From an uncultured Caulobacter sp. (GTDB lineage Bacteria; Pseudomonadota; Alphaproteobacteria; Caulobacterales; Caulobacteraceae): a stretch of DNA of 64,000 bases. The translations under genes and the position numbers were made by a program. The stretch lies in assembly GCA_966211605.1 (NCBI GenBank), contig CBIHOB010000010.1, forward strand, positions 12,249 to 76,248, in the 5' to 3' direction. The notes below the pieces were generated by a model. It had not been told where the DNA came from. It searched no databases and saw nothing but the letters and a program-made list of their open reading frames with translations. Shown one piece after another: positions 1-9,771 of this stretch (the stretch's first letter is position 1; each line of letters begins with the position of its first letter).

Positions 1-1
1 C

Positions 2-391
2 AAGGTCGGCGACCGCGTGCCCGTGGTCATCCAGCGCGGCGATCGCCAGCAGACGATCACCGTGCGCGCCGACGCCGCCCCGGAGACTCCCGCCCGCGAC
101 GAGCGCGCCATCACCGGCAACAACCCGTTCAACGGCGCCACCGTGATCAACCTGTCACCGGCCGCGGCCCAGGATCTGAACGTCGATCCGTTCGCGGGCC
201 GAGGCGCGCTGGTGACCAAGATCGCGCCGGGCTACGCCCAGAACTGGATGCGCCCCGGCGACTTCGTCCGTTCGGTCAACGGCCGCCAGATCAACAGCGT
301 CGCCGACCTGGCGGCCGCGGCGGCGACCAAGCCGCAGCGTTGGACGATTACCATCGAGCGCGGCGGCCAGCTGATCCAGGCGCAGTTCTAG
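2..391 (+). CDS. 3' fragment of an HtrA/DegP-family periplasmic serine protease (C-terminal PDZ region). The 5' end lies outside the window.
   Basis: The frame is open from the window edge to TAG at 389-391. The translation (...ATVINLSPAAAQDLN...GALVTKIAPGYAQNWMRPGDFVRSVNGRQINSVADL...) looks like the second PDZ domain of DegP/DegQ proteases. Confidence 0.7.
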   Translation, partial: KVGDRVPVVIQRGDRQQTITVRADAAPETPARDERAITGNNPFNGATVINLSPAAAQDLNVDPFAGRGALVTKIAPGYAQNWMRPGDFVRSVNGRQINSVADLAAAAATKPQRWTITIERGGQLIQAQF

Positions 392-425
392 GGACTTGAG
401 CCCGGCGGCCTGCTAAAAGAGTCGG

Positions 426-1727
426 ATGTCCGATCTCTTCCAGGCCGCCGGCCTGACGCCTCACGCGCCGGCCCCGCTGGCCGATCGCCTGCGGCCCCAA
501 AGCCTCGACGAGGTGGTGGGCCAGCAGCATTTGCTAGGGCCCGAAGGCCCCATCGGCCGGATGGCCGCCGCCCATCGCCTGGCCTCGATGATCCTGTGGG
601 GACCGCCCGGCACCGGCAAGACCACCATCGCCCGCCTGCTGGCCAAGGCGGGGGGCTATGAGTACCAGCAGATCTCGGCCGTCTTCTCGGGCGTCGCCGA
701 CCTGAAGAAGGCCTTCGAGCAGGCGCGCGCCCGCCGCATGGCCGGCCAGAGCACCTTGCTCTTCGTCGACGAGATTCACCGCTTCAACCGCGCCCAGCAG
801 GACGGCTTCCTGCCCTTCGTGGAGGAAGGGATCGTCACCCTGGTCGGGGCCACGACCGAGAACCCCTCGTTCGAGCTGAACGGCGCTCTGCTGTCGCGAT
901 GCCAGGTCTTCGTTCTGAAGCGCCTCGGGGAGGAATCGCTAGACCTTCTGCTGCAGCGGGCGGAGGCCGCCGAGAACCGGCTGCTGCCGATCGACGCCGA
1001 AGCGCGCTCGTCCCTGGTGGCCATGGCCGACGGTGACGGCCGCTATCTGCTGACCTTGGCCGAAACCCTGTTCTCGATCGGCACGGACACGCCGCTGAAC
1101 CCGACCCAGTTGGGACAGTTCCTGCAGAAGCGCCGCCCCGCCTACGACAAGGACCGCGAGGAGCACTACAATCTCATCTCGGCCCTGCACAAATCGGTTC
1201 GCGGCAGCGATCCGGACGCGGCGCTCTATTGGCTGGCGCGGATGCTGGAAGGCGGCGAGGACCCGCTGTTCATCGCCCGCCGCCTGGTGCGCATGGCCAG
1301 CGAGGACATCGGCGCGGCCGACCCATTGAGCCTGCTGCTGACCACGGCGGCCAAGGACGCCTACGACTTCCTCGGATCGCCGGAAGGCGAGCTGGCCCTG
1401 GCCCAGGCCGTGGTCCACATGGCCAGCGCGCCAAAGTCGAACGCGGTCTACAACGCCTATAAGGCCGCCCGGCGCGCGGCCAAGGAGACCGGCAGCCTGA
1501 TGCCGCCGTCTCATATTCTCAACGCCCCGACCAAGCTGATGAAGTCGCTGGGCTATGGCGACGGCTACGCCTACGACCACGACGTCGAGGGCGGTGTCTC
1601 GGGCCAGAACTACTTCCCGGATGGCATGGAGCGGCGGCGGTTCTACGAGCCCAAGCCGGTCGGCGCCGAGGCGAAGGTGCGAGAACGCTTGGAAGGCTGG
1701 AGCCAGCTGCGTAAGGACGGCAAATGA
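426..1727 (+). CDS. rarA: Replication-associated recombination protein A (RarA/MgsA AAA+ ATPase)
   Basis: 433 aa. Walker A is WGPPGTGKTT and Walker B is LLFVDEIHRF. The C-terminal MgsA lid is present (HYNLISALHKSVRGSDPDAALYWLARML). Confidence 0.95.
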   Translation: MSDLFQAAGLTPHAPAPLADRLRPQSLDEVVGQQHLLGPEGPIGRMAAAHRLASMILWGPPGTGKTTIARLLAKAGGYEYQQISAVFSGVADLKKAFEQARARRMAGQSTLLFVDEIHRFNRAQQDGFLPFVEEGIVTLVGATTENPSFELNGALLSRCQVFVLKRLGEESLDLLLQRAEAAENRLLPIDAEARSSLVAMADGDGRYLLTLAETLFSIGTDTPLNPTQLGQFLQKRRPAYDKDREEHYNLISALHKSVRGSDPDAALYWLARMLEGGEDPLFIARRLVRMASEDIGAADPLSLLLTTAAKDAYDFLGSPEGELALAQAVVHMASAPKSNAVYNAYKAARRAAKETGSLMPPSHILNAPTKLMKSLGYGDGYAYDHDVEGGVSGQNYFPDGMERRRFYEPKPVGAEAKVRERLEGWSQLRKDGK

Positions 1728-2539
1728 GCAGTCCGAAATTCCGCCGTCCGCCCGGCGTCGCCAAGCCCAAGGCTGTCGAGTGTCCCATCACCCTGACGCC
1801 CGAGGAGATCGAGGCCGCGCGATCGTGGGTGCTGTACGAGGACGAGGCGATCATCGTGCTGGACAAGCCCGCTGGCCTGTCCAGCCAGGGCGGGCGGATC
1901 AAGGCCCATACCCTGGACGATCTGCTGTGGGCGTTCGCCAAGCCGGGCAAGGCCAGGCCTCGGCTGATCCATCGCCTGGACCGCGACACCTCGGGCGTGA
2001 TCCTTACCGCCAAGACCAAGCCCGGCGCGGCCTTCCTGGGCGAGGCCATGATGGCCAAGCGTTTCCGCAAATCCTACCTGGCCATTGTCGCGCCCGGCGC
2101 GCCGGAGCCGAAAGGCGGCATGATCGACAGTCCGCTGCGCCGAGAGTCGATCGGCCGCGAGGCCTATATGCGGGTGTGCCCACCCGACCATCCGGACGCC
2201 GAAACCGCGCGCAGCCGCTATCGCACCCTGGCCGGCAACGGCGTCGCCGCACTGGTCGAGCTGTCGCCGGACACCGGCCGCATGCACCAGCTGCGCGTCC
2301 ACATGGCCTCGATTGGCCGGCCCCTGGCGGGGGACAGCCGCTATGGCGGGGCGCTGATGCTGGGCGGCGTGGCAGTGCCGCGCCTGATGCTGCACGCGGC
2401 GCGTCTGACCTTCCCGCACCCGCTGGGCGGCGAACGCAAGATCATGGCCCCGCTTCCGACGGATTTCACGATGATGCTCAAGGCCTTGGACTTGTCGGTC
2501 CCGGAACAGCCGGGGTCTGAAGCCGTTGAACAGGTCTGA
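1724..2539 (+). CDS. RluA-family pseudouridine synthase (no S4 domain)
   Basis: 271 aa. The ATG overlaps the rarA stop (ATGA). The catalytic motif HRLDRDTSGV is present, and the C-terminal HQLRVH motif is typical of the family. Confidence 0.9.
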   Translation: MSSPKFRRPPGVAKPKAVECPITLTPEEIEAARSWVLYEDEAIIVLDKPAGLSSQGGRIKAHTLDDLLWAFAKPGKARPRLIHRLDRDTSGVILTAKTKPGAAFLGEAMMAKRFRKSYLAIVAPGAPEPKGGMIDSPLRRESIGREAYMRVCPPDHPDAETARSRYRTLAGNGVAALVELSPDTGRMHQLRVHMASIGRPLAGDSRYGGALMLGGVAVPRLMLHAARLTFPHPLGGERKIMAPLPTDFTMMLKALDLSVPEQPGSEAVEQV

Positions 2540-2551
2540 AGAGGCAACGTC

Positions 2552-3061
2552 ATGAAGACCGTAAAACCACTTGTCGCGGCCGCCCTGTCGGGCTTGTTGC
2601 TGGCCGCCTGCGCCAGCACGCCGACCGTCTATCGTGCGCAAGCCGGCGCGCCCAACGACGTCGGCTATTCCGAGTATCGGCTGGAGGCCGGCCGCTATCG
2701 TGTCACCTTCCAGGGCGGCCCCGGCGCGCCGGAAGCCCAGATCGCCGACTATGCGCTTCTGCGCGCAGCCGAGCTGGCCCTGCGCGACGGCTATGACTGG
2801 TTCAGGATCGCCGACCGTTCGACCACGGCCAGCGGCTACGACCGAGGCCCGCGCATGTCGGTTGGCGGTGGCTCGGCCAGCTTCGGCCGCCGCTCCAGTG
2901 TCGGCCTGGGCGTGGGCACCAGCTTCAACCTGGGGCCGGGGCCGGCCTTTTCGCGCTCGATCGAGGTGGTGTTCGGCAAGGGGCCGACGCCCAAGGATCG
3001 CGACGCCTATGACGCCCGGGATGTCGTGAAGAACGTCGGCTACGGCCGCCAGCGCACCTGA
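2552..3061 (+). CDS. Lipoprotein of unknown function
   Basis: 169 aa. Signal peptide with a lipobox (MKTVKPLVAAALSGLLLAAC|AST). The central region is Gly/Ser-rich. I recognise no catalytic motif. Confidence 0.7.
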   Translation: MKTVKPLVAAALSGLLLAACASTPTVYRAQAGAPNDVGYSEYRLEAGRYRVTFQGGPGAPEAQIADYALLRAAELALRDGYDWFRIADRSTTASGYDRGPRMSVGGGSASFGRRSSVGLGVGTSFNLGPGPAFSRSIEVVFGKGPTPKDRDAYDARDVVKNVGYGRQRT

Positions 3062-3068
3062 TCGGCCC

Positions 3069-4301
3069 TTAGGCCACGGCCTGCTTGGCCAGCGGATAGT
3101 TGGCGCGCAGCGAGGCGTGGGTCAGGCCGGCGGTCTCGGCGGCGGCGAAATAGCCTTCCTGCGGCAGGCCCTGCAGGATGGTCATCGGGGCCAGGCCCCT
3201 GGCGTCGCGCCCGAAGGCCATGATGTCCATGGCAATCTTGGCGGCCTCGCCCGACAGGTCCGAAGCGTCCAGGGCGAGCCCGGCCAGACGGGCGTCTCGC
3301 AGCACGCGCAGGGCTTCCTTGTCCGGCGGCACGCGGGCGATGACGCCGCGGGTCAGGGCGCGCAGCAGGCCGACGACTTCCAGCAGACGGCCGGCCGGGG
3401 TGCCGCGGGTGATGTCCACCAGCTCGATCTGGACGCCGCCGCGCAGCAGGGCCAGCGACAGACCCGCGGTGCCTGTGAGCAGGTCGCGGCCGCGCTGGGT
3501 GCCCAGGGTGCGGAACGAAGCCGGCAGGATCAACTCGGGCGTGTTGGGGCCTTGGGCCGAGCGGGCGAAGACGGCCGCATACTTCAGTGTCGACTCGTCG
3601 ATGAAGGCGACATCGCGGTCCGACAGCTTGGTCAAGGCGCGGGCCGAAGCCTGGCGGCCGCTGGCCAGGTGCGTGACCATCGGCTCGATGCGCACAGCCG
3701 TGGTGACGTTGCGGCGAAGGCTGACCACGTGTTCCAGCGTGAAGTCCACGCGCAGGGCCGCGCCGCCGGCGGTGGTGAAGGCCACCGGGGTGCGGCGGGA
3801 TTCGTCGGCCGGATCCACGGAGACGCGCACCGGCGAGCGGGCGCTGTCGCGACGAGCGCGGGCGGCCAGGATGACGGCCGCGTCGATCGGCTTGCAGACG
3901 GCCTCGCCACCCTCGACGCCGACCACCGCGCGGATCCCCAGATCCATCGGCGAGGCGGCGCCCAGCAGGTGGGTCAGCACGTCTTCCAGGATCTTCACGC
4001 TGGTCGCCTGGGCCGCCAGGCCCTGGTCGTTGTTCATGGCGATCAGGAATTCGCTGTCGGAGATGCGGGCGCGCATGTCCTGGCGATCCAGGTGCTCGTT
4101 CAGCTTCAGCTCGACATAGGTCCAGACGTCGCCGCGCTTTTGGCTCCACCACTCGCCCGCCCATTGGCGAATGGCCTTGATGCTGATCACGTTGACCGAG
4201 CCGCGCGCCACCAGGTCGTTGCCCGTCAGGCGCTGAAGCACCGGGGCCGGCAGGGCCACGCGTTCGGTCGCGTCTGAAGGAGGGGGCGTGTCGAAGGGCA
4301 T
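3069..4301 (-). CDS. Hypothetical cytoplasmic protein with degenerate GGDEF-like and EAL-like halves (probably catalytically dead)
   Basis: 410 aa. The N-terminal stretch ...RGDVWTYVELKLNEHLDRQDMRARISDSEFLIAM aligns by eye to the GGDEF core, with SDSEF in place of GGDEF. The C-terminal half has an EAL-domain-like layout (..VRIEPMV.., ..VQIELVDIT.., ..GLALDASDL.., ..ILQGLPQEG..) but lacks the EAL, DDFGTGYSS and EGVE signatures. Confidence 0.6.
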   Translation of the reverse strand: MPFDTPPPSDATERVALPAPVLQRLTGNDLVARGSVNVISIKAIRQWAGEWWSQKRGDVWTYVELKLNEHLDRQDMRARISDSEFLIAMNNDQGLAAQATSVKILEDVLTHLLGAASPMDLGIRAVVGVEGGEAVCKPIDAAVILAARARRDSARSPVRVSVDPADESRRTPVAFTTAGGAALRVDFTLEHVVSLRRNVTTAVRIEPMVTHLASGRQASARALTKLSDRDVAFIDESTLKYAAVFARSAQGPNTPELILPASFRTLGTQRGRDLLTGTAGLSLALLRGGVQIELVDITRGTPAGRLLEVVGLLRALTRGVIARVPPDKEALRVLRDARLAGLALDASDLSGEAAKIAMDIMAFGRDARGLAPMTILQGLPQEGYFAAAETAGLTHASLRANYPLAKQAVA

Positions 4302-4482
4302 GGTTGGGGCGTGCTTAGGGGTCTGGCGCTGTTTAGAACGCGCTCAGAGTGCCGTTTCGCCACTTAACCAGGGGTTTTGAAACAAGGTTTACAACCGCGT
4401 TTACCTTGAACAAAAACGGGGAAAAATAAGGGAACTCCGGTGGGTGCTTGGCGTTAAGGCCGGCTCGGCGCATAAGGCGTTC

Positions 4483-4866
4483 ATGAACAAGCTGCTCCTG
4501 GTGGCCGCCGGCGGGGCCGTCGGCTCGGTTGCGCGTTATCTGGTCGGAGTGGGCGCCATGCGGGTCATGGGTCCGGGCTGGCCATACGGCACCTTCACCG
4601 TCAATGTCGTAGGGGGTTTCCTGATGGGATGCCTGGCTTCGTGGCTGGCCCATCGCGGCAATACGTCGAGCGAGCAATGGCGCGTCCTGTTGGGCGTCGG
4701 CGCCCTGGGCGGCTTCACCACCTTTTCGTCGTTCTCGCTGGAGACCGCGCTGATGATCCAGAAGCGCGCCTACGGCCAGGCCTTTTCCTATACGGCCGCC
4801 AGCGTCCTGCTGGCGATCGCCGCCCTGTTCGCGGGCCTTCTGGTCGCCCGCAAGGTTTTCGCATGA
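4483..4866 (+). CDS. crcB: Fluoride ion channel CrcB/FluC
   Basis: ATG at 4483 gives MNKLLLVAAGGAVGSVARY.... The protein has four hydrophobic segments and the CrcB signatures GTFTVNVVGGF and GGFTTFSSFSLE. The ORF-track start at 4444 (GTG) is an upstream extension. Confidence 0.9.
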   Translation: MNKLLLVAAGGAVGSVARYLVGVGAMRVMGPGWPYGTFTVNVVGGFLMGCLASWLAHRGNTSSEQWRVLLGVGALGGFTTFSSFSLETALMIQKRAYGQAFSYTAASVLLAIAALFAGLLVARKVFA

Positions 4867-5858
4867 GCACCAAGGAAGTCCGCACCCTGTACGTCGACGC
4901 CGGCGAGGACGGGGTCCGTCTGGACCGCTGGTTCAAGCGGCGCTGGCCGCACCTGAACCACATCCAGCTGAACAAGCTGTTCCGCTCGGGCCAGGTTCGG
5001 GTCGACGGTTCGCGCGCCAAGGCCGACACTAAGCTGGCCGCGGGCAGTCAGATCCGCGTGCCGCCGCTGCCCGACGCGCCCGATCCGGGCGAGAAGGGCA
5101 AGCTGTCGGCGCGCGACATCGCCTACGCCAAGTCTCTGGTTCTGTACGAGGACGAGGAAGTCCTGGCCCTCAACAAGCCCGCCGGCCTGGCCGTGCAGGG
5201 CGGCACCAAGACCACCAAGCACGTCGACAAGCTGCTCAGCGCCTGGGGCGAGGGCGTGGATCGTCCGCGTCTGGTCCACCGCCTGGACCGCGACACCTCT
5301 GGCGTGCTGTTGCTGGGCAAGACGCCCAGCGCCGCCGCGCGGCTGTCGGGCGCCTTCGCCAAGCGCAAGGCGCAGAAGACGTACTGGGCCATCGTCGCCG
5401 GCAATCCGCACCCGACCGAGGGCGTGATGGAGCTGCATCTGGCCAAGCGCGGCGTCGGCGACCGCGAGCTGGTCGTGCCCGCCCAGCCCAAGGATCCGGA
5501 CGCCCAGCCGGCCGAGACCGAATTCGTCACCATCAGCCGCGCGGGCCCACGCGTCACCTGGATGGCCCTGCGCCCGCACACTGGCCGAACCCACCAATTG
5601 CGCGCCCACATGAAGGCCATGGGGCACCCGATCCTGGGCGACCCCAAGTACGGCGACGAGAAGTCCGCGCCGCTGTCGGAGGGGTTGAAGCTGCAGCTGC
5701 ACGCCCGCTCGATCCTCCTGCCGCACCCCTCGGCCGGCATGCTGCACATCGAGGCCCCGCTCAGCGCCGAGATGAAGGAGGGCTTCCGCAAGTTCGGCTT
5801 CTCGGAAGACGAGGCCGAGCAGGATCCGTTCGCGCGGCGGCAGACCAAGCGGCGCTAG
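4863..5858 (+). CDS. RluC/RluD-type pseudouridine synthase with an N-terminal S4 RNA-binding domain
   Basis: ATG at 4863 overlaps the crcB stop (ATGA). The S4-like N-terminus is GVRLDRWFKRRWPHLNHIQLNKLFRSGQVRVDG and the catalytic motif is HRLDRDTSGVLLLGK. I rejected the ORF-track extension back to 4629 because it overlaps crcB. Confidence 0.9.
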   Translation: MSTKEVRTLYVDAGEDGVRLDRWFKRRWPHLNHIQLNKLFRSGQVRVDGSRAKADTKLAAGSQIRVPPLPDAPDPGEKGKLSARDIAYAKSLVLYEDEEVLALNKPAGLAVQGGTKTTKHVDKLLSAWGEGVDRPRLVHRLDRDTSGVLLLGKTPSAAARLSGAFAKRKAQKTYWAIVAGNPHPTEGVMELHLAKRGVGDRELVVPAQPKDPDAQPAETEFVTISRAGPRVTWMALRPHTGRTHQLRAHMKAMGHPILGDPKYGDEKSAPLSEGLKLQLHARSILLPHPSAGMLHIEAPLSAEMKEGFRKFGFSEDEAEQDPFARRQTKRR

Positions 5859-7132
5859 ACGAGGCCGGTCACCGGTTTTGCGTTCGCGCTGTCCGGGAAC
5901 ACCTTGCTTTCCAGAACCGAGCGGTCGACGCCGATGTGGTCGGACAGCACGCCCTTGAACAGGCCGCGCATGTCCAGCGTGGGCGCGGTGTCGCGGTTCT
6001 CGAAGAGGGCGTTCTGGGCCAGGCCCGGCCAGTCGCCGACGATGCCGCCAGGTTTCAGCGCGCCGCCCAGGATCAGGCCGGTCGAGGCCGTGCCGTGGTC
6101 GGTGCCGCCGGTGCCGTTGACCCGGGCGGTGCGGCCGAACTCGGTGACGGCGATGACTACGGTGTTCTTCCACTCCGCGCCGAGGCCCGTGTGCAGACCG
6201 TCCAGCACCGCGTCCATATAGGACAGGCGCGTGGCGATCTGGCCCAGCTGGCCGGCGTGGGTGTCGAAACCGTCTAGTGAGATGGCGGCGATCTGCGGTC
6301 CGCCGGACTGGATCATGAAGCCGCCCAGGGTCGAGCCCAGCTTGCGGGCGGCCTCGCTGCCCTGCCGGTTCTGGCGGTCGTTGGCCATGGTCGAGGACAT
6401 GCCGGCCGGCCCGGCTGTCGCCGGCGTCGAGGCGGCGGCGACGTTCATGGCTGGCGTGGCGGCCATGGCGGTCATCGCCTGCTGGGCCATGGTCTCGGTC
6501 TCCAGGCCGCGCGCGAAGGCGGGGCCCAGCATCGGATCGTTCTTGTAGAGATCCTGCAGCAGGGTTGGCAGGCGGGCGGTCTCGTCGACGCCCTTGCCGG
6601 GCGACCAGCTGGCCGCTTGAACCTTGCCGCGCAGGATGAGGGGCGCGGTGGTCCCCACCGACAGACCCTCGACCTTGCGCACAGGGGCCAGGGCTTCCAG
6701 CGTACGGTTCAGCCAACCGCTGTCGGCGCCGTAGACGCCTGAGGCGCCAGTCTCCAGCACGTCCTGGGCCTCGAAGTGCGAACGGGCGCGGTCGGGGCTG
6801 GCGATGGCCGGAGCGATCCGCGCCTGGCCCCTCGTGGCCAGGGCATGGACGGTCTTCAGCTCAGGATGCAGGCCGAAAGTCTCGTCCAGCTTCAGCACCT
6901 CGTCGGGCTTCAGGGCGATGGAGCCGCGCAGGGCGGCGTAGTCGCGATCCCCGACTGGCGGCGAGACCGACAGGCCGTCCATGCCGCCTCGGCAAATGAC
7001 GACGACCAGCTTCTTCCTCGCCAGGTCGCCCTCGGAGGCCGCGAAGGCTTGGGTCCCCAGGAAGCTGACGGAAATGCCCAGGCTGGCGCCCAGGCCCAGC
7101 AGCGAACGGCGGTTCATCGCGTGAGCGGTCAT
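5855..7132 (-). CDS. DUF1501-family protein (sulfatase-like fold) with a twin-arginine signal
   Basis: 425 aa. The N-terminus is a Tat-type signal (MNRRSLLGLGASLGISVSFLG). The C-terminal TEFGRT...GTGGTDHG pattern is characteristic of DUF1501 as I recall it. Paired with the upstream DUF1800 gene. Confidence 0.8.
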   Translation of the reverse strand: MTAHAMNRRSLLGLGASLGISVSFLGTQAFAASEGDLARKKLVVVICRGGMDGLSVSPPVGDRDYAALRGSIALKPDEVLKLDETFGLHPELKTVHALATRGQARIAPAIASPDRARSHFEAQDVLETGASGVYGADSGWLNRTLEALAPVRKVEGLSVGTTAPLILRGKVQAASWSPGKGVDETARLPTLLQDLYKNDPMLGPAFARGLETETMAQQAMTAMAATPAMNVAAASTPATAGPAGMSSTMANDRQNRQGSEAARKLGSTLGGFMIQSGGPQIAAISLDGFDTHAGQLGQIATRLSYMDAVLDGLHTGLGAEWKNTVVIAVTEFGRTARVNGTGGTDHGTASTGLILGGALKPGGIVGDWPGLAQNALFENRDTAPTLDMRGLFKGVLSDHIGVDRSVLESKVFPDSANAKPVTGLV

Positions 7133-8550
7133 CGGCGTTGGAACTCCGGGCTCATCATCAGAAGGGCGAAGGCTTCGCGGCGCGTCTCGGCTCGCGACAC
7201 GGCCTTGGCGACGGGGGGCGTCAGGCGGTCACCCAAGGCCGAGATGGCCAAGGCGTTGGGATCGGTGCGGTCAGCGACGGCGGCGGCGAAGCCCTGGGCC
7301 CACTGCATGCGCTTGATCAGGGCGTCGGGCGCGGCCCAGGTCTGGGCGTCCTCGGCCCAGCCCTTGGGGGAGGGCGGCGAGAAGGGCTTTTGACCAAGCC
7401 CGGTGAGGATCGGGGCCAGGCGCTCATAGGCCGAGGGCTCGGCCCCGATCAGCCGCCAGGTCGATAGCGTGTATTCGTAGGGCGTCTTGAACTTGGCGGG
7501 CGTCGGGTCCCAGGCCTCCGGGCTTTCGACCAGGGTCCTGGCGACCGCGGCCAGGTCGCCGCCGGTGTCCATCCAGCGCCGTTCCAGGCGCTCGGTCAGC
7601 GACTTGGGGGGCGCATCCGAGACGAAGTGGCGGGCGATCTTGCCGCAGACATGGCGGGCTGTGCGTGGATCGGCGGCCAGATCCTTCAGCACGGACAGCC
7701 CCTGCTTGATGTCCGACTGGCCATAGTGGCGGCCCAGGATCGTGCGGGCGCCCGGCTCATGGGCGTTCTCCCGGAACACGAACTGGCCGACACGGTCCTC
7801 GGCGTCGCGGCCGACCGAGAATCCGGTCAGGGCGCGGGCGAACTCGGTGACATCGGCCTGGCGGTAGCCCGCGTCGACACCGACCGTGTGCAGCTCCAGG
7901 ATCTCGCGGGCCAGGTTCTCGTTCAGGCCCCTGCCGCCCCGGCGTCCGGCGGCGCGGCTGTTCGGGCCGATCGACTGGGCCTGGTCCAGATAGGTGAGCA
8001 TGGCCGGATGGGTCGAAGAGGCCACCAGCAGGTTCTCGAAGCCGCCGAACACGTAGGGACGGATCGCCTCGCGTTCGAACGGGCCAATCAGCACCGAGGT
8101 GATCTGCTTGGTCGACGAGACCGTGAAGTGGTTCGCCCAGAACAGCGCCCAGCGCTCGCGGAAGGCTGCCGGCGTGTTGGCGCCCAGCCGCGCGCGGGCC
8201 AGGAAGTCGTCATTGACCTTGTCGCGCAGGTCGCGCCGGGCCGCCTTGGCGACAGGCGCGGCGGCGGGCGTCTGGCCGTCCTTGCGCTCGCGTTCCATCT
8301 TCTTCTGCTGCTGGTACTCGCGCATCTGCTCGAAGCGGTCGGCCGAGGTTTCGCCGTCGTCCTGCGGAAGATCGGCGCCGTCGCGGCGGATCTGGGCGTT
8401 CAGGAAGCCTTGCGGGTCGGCCTTGGCGGCCTCGATTTCGCCGGGGCGCGCGCCCAGGCCAAAGCGGGTGGCGGCGATGGCGGCCATCATGTCCTTGGAC
8501 GGTAAGCTCAAGCGGCGCTCTCCCTTGCGCGACGTCGCGACATTGCCCAT
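7129..8550 (-). CDS. DUF1800-family protein
   Basis: 473 aa. The stop overlaps the DUF1501 start by 4 nt. The conserved stretch WANHFTVS...[18 protein letters not shown] fits DUF1800. The true start may be the internal MMAAIA.. at 8490. Confidence 0.75.
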   Translation of the reverse strand: MGNVATSRKGERRLSLPSKDMMAAIAATRFGLGARPGEIEAAKADPQGFLNAQIRRDGADLPQDDGETSADRFEQMREYQQQKKMERERKDGQTPAAAPVAKAARRDLRDKVNDDFLARARLGANTPAAFRERWALFWANHFTVSSTKQITSVLIGPFEREAIRPYVFGGFENLLVASSTHPAMLTYLDQAQSIGPNSRAAGRRGGRGLNENLAREILELHTVGVDAGYRQADVTEFARALTGFSVGRDAEDRVGQFVFRENAHEPGARTILGRHYGQSDIKQGLSVLKDLAADPRTARHVCGKIARHFVSDAPPKSLTERLERRWMDTGGDLAAVARTLVESPEAWDPTPAKFKTPYEYTLSTWRLIGAEPSAYERLAPILTGLGQKPFSPPSPKGWAEDAQTWAAPDALIKRMQWAQGFAAAVADRTDPNALAISALGDRLTPPVAKAVSRAETRREAFALLMMSPEFQRR

Positions 8551-8602
8551 TCAACGCGGGCTACGGGGAAATCCGTCGCGACTATCCGAAAGAGTTCTCG
8601 CC

Positions 8603-9325
8603 GTGTCCGACAAGTCCGAGCTGCTGCTGAAACCCAGGCGCTTCTACAAGGCCGCCGCCGCGGCGCCCGTGGAAGGTGGCTTCGCGGTCCAGCTCGATGG
8701 CCGTACGCCCAAGTCGCCAGCCAAGAAGCCGCTGGTCCTGCCGACCAAGCTGCTCGCCGACAGCGTCGCCGCCGAGTGGGAAGCCCAGGTCGAGTACATC
8801 GACAACAGCCTGATGCCGGCCACCCGCTTGGCTTTCACCGCCATCGACCGAATCTCGGAGACCCGCGCCGAGGTGGCCGGCGAGATCACCGCCTACGCCG
8901 CCTCCGACCACCTGTGCTATCGCGCCGAGCACCCGACGCCCCTGGTCGAGCGCCAGAACCGCGAGTGGGGCGCCATCCTCGACTGGGCCAAGGCCGAGCA
9001 TGGCTTCGTATTCACGCCGGTGGCCGGGATCATCCACCAGCCGCAGCCGCCGGCCACCCTGGCGGCCGTCGAGGCCCTGGCTCTGACCTTGGACGACTTC
9101 ACCCTGGCGGGCGTGGCCTTCGCCGCCGGCCTGTTCGGGTCGACCGTGCTGGCCCTGGCCGTCCGCGCCGGCCGCTTGACCGGCCAGCGGGCCCTGGACC
9201 TGTCGCGCCTCGAGGAGATGTTCCAGGCCGAGCAGTGGGGCGAGGACGGGGAGGCCAAGGTCCGCGCCGAGGCCCTGGCCGTCGAGGCGGCGATGATCGA
9301 CCGCTGGTTCGCGGCGCTCCGGTGA
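8603..9325 (+). CDS. ATP12-family F1-ATPase assembly chaperone
   Basis: GTG at 8603 is in frame with ORF 8099..9325 and gives 240 aa. The sequence [50 protein letters not shown]...[12 protein letters not shown] matches the ATP12 pattern. The upstream part of the tracked ORF is antisense to the DUF1800 gene. Confidence 0.8.
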   Translation: MSDKSELLLKPRRFYKAAAAAPVEGGFAVQLDGRTPKSPAKKPLVLPTKLLADSVAAEWEAQVEYIDNSLMPATRLAFTAIDRISETRAEVAGEITAYAASDHLCYRAEHPTPLVERQNREWGAILDWAKAEHGFVFTPVAGIIHQPQPPATLAAVEALALTLDDFTLAGVAFAAGLFGSTVLALAVRAGRLTGQRALDLSRLEEMFQAEQWGEDGEAKVRAEALAVEAAMIDRWFAALR

Positions 9326-9651
9326 TCAGGGCGCTGGCTCTCTACCTCCTGGCGGCGCTGGCCGAGATCGGCGGCTGCTTCGCCTTCTGGGCCTGGCTCC
9401 GGCTGGGCAAGACGCCATGGTGGGCCGGGGCGGGGACGCTGTCGCTGATCGCCTTCGCCTTGCTGCTGACCCGCATAGACGCCAGCGCGGCCGGCCGCGC
9501 CTTCGCCGCCTATGGCGGGATCTACATCGTCGCCTCGATCGCCTGGATGCGATGGGTTGAAAATGCTCGGCCGGACCGCTGGGACCTGGCGGGCGGAGCG
9601 GTCTGCCTGGCCGGCGCGGCGATCATTCTATTTGCTCCGCGCACCGCCTAA
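9322..9651 (+). CDS. ynfA: YnfA-family (UPF0060) small inner-membrane protein
   Basis: GTG at 9322 overlaps the ATP12-family stop (GTGA). The 109-aa product has four hydrophobic segments: [30 protein letters not shown]...[18 protein letters not shown].... Confidence 0.8.
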   Translation: MIRALALYLLAALAEIGGCFAFWAWLRLGKTPWWAGAGTLSLIAFALLLTRIDASAAGRAFAAYGGIYIVASIAWMRWVENARPDRWDLAGGAVCLAGAAIILFAPRTA

Positions 9652-9771
9652 ACGCCGCAAGCCATGCTGCGCTGCCGCAAGGTCCGCCTTGCCTAGGGGG
9701 CTGCGCCTCGTTACGCCTTGGCCACAAGGCGGAACGCCGCCATCGATAAGTCCGGGCAGGGGAGTAACCGC

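Noticed and set aside
4330-4482. Possible fluoride riboswitch (crcB motif) upstream of crcB
   Set aside because: I could not find the conserved elements of the fluoride riboswitch in the 150 nt upstream (GGCGAUG..., ...CUGAUGAUGCCUAC-like pseudoknot segments). An Rfam RF01734 covariance search would settle this.
4301-4483. CtrA boxes (TTAA-N7-TTAA) in AT-richer intergenic regions (4301-4483, 40266-40498, 51864-52129, 63631-63704)
   Set aside because: Only single TTAA half-sites are present, for example TTAACCAGGGGTTTT at about 4364. There is no full bipartite match.
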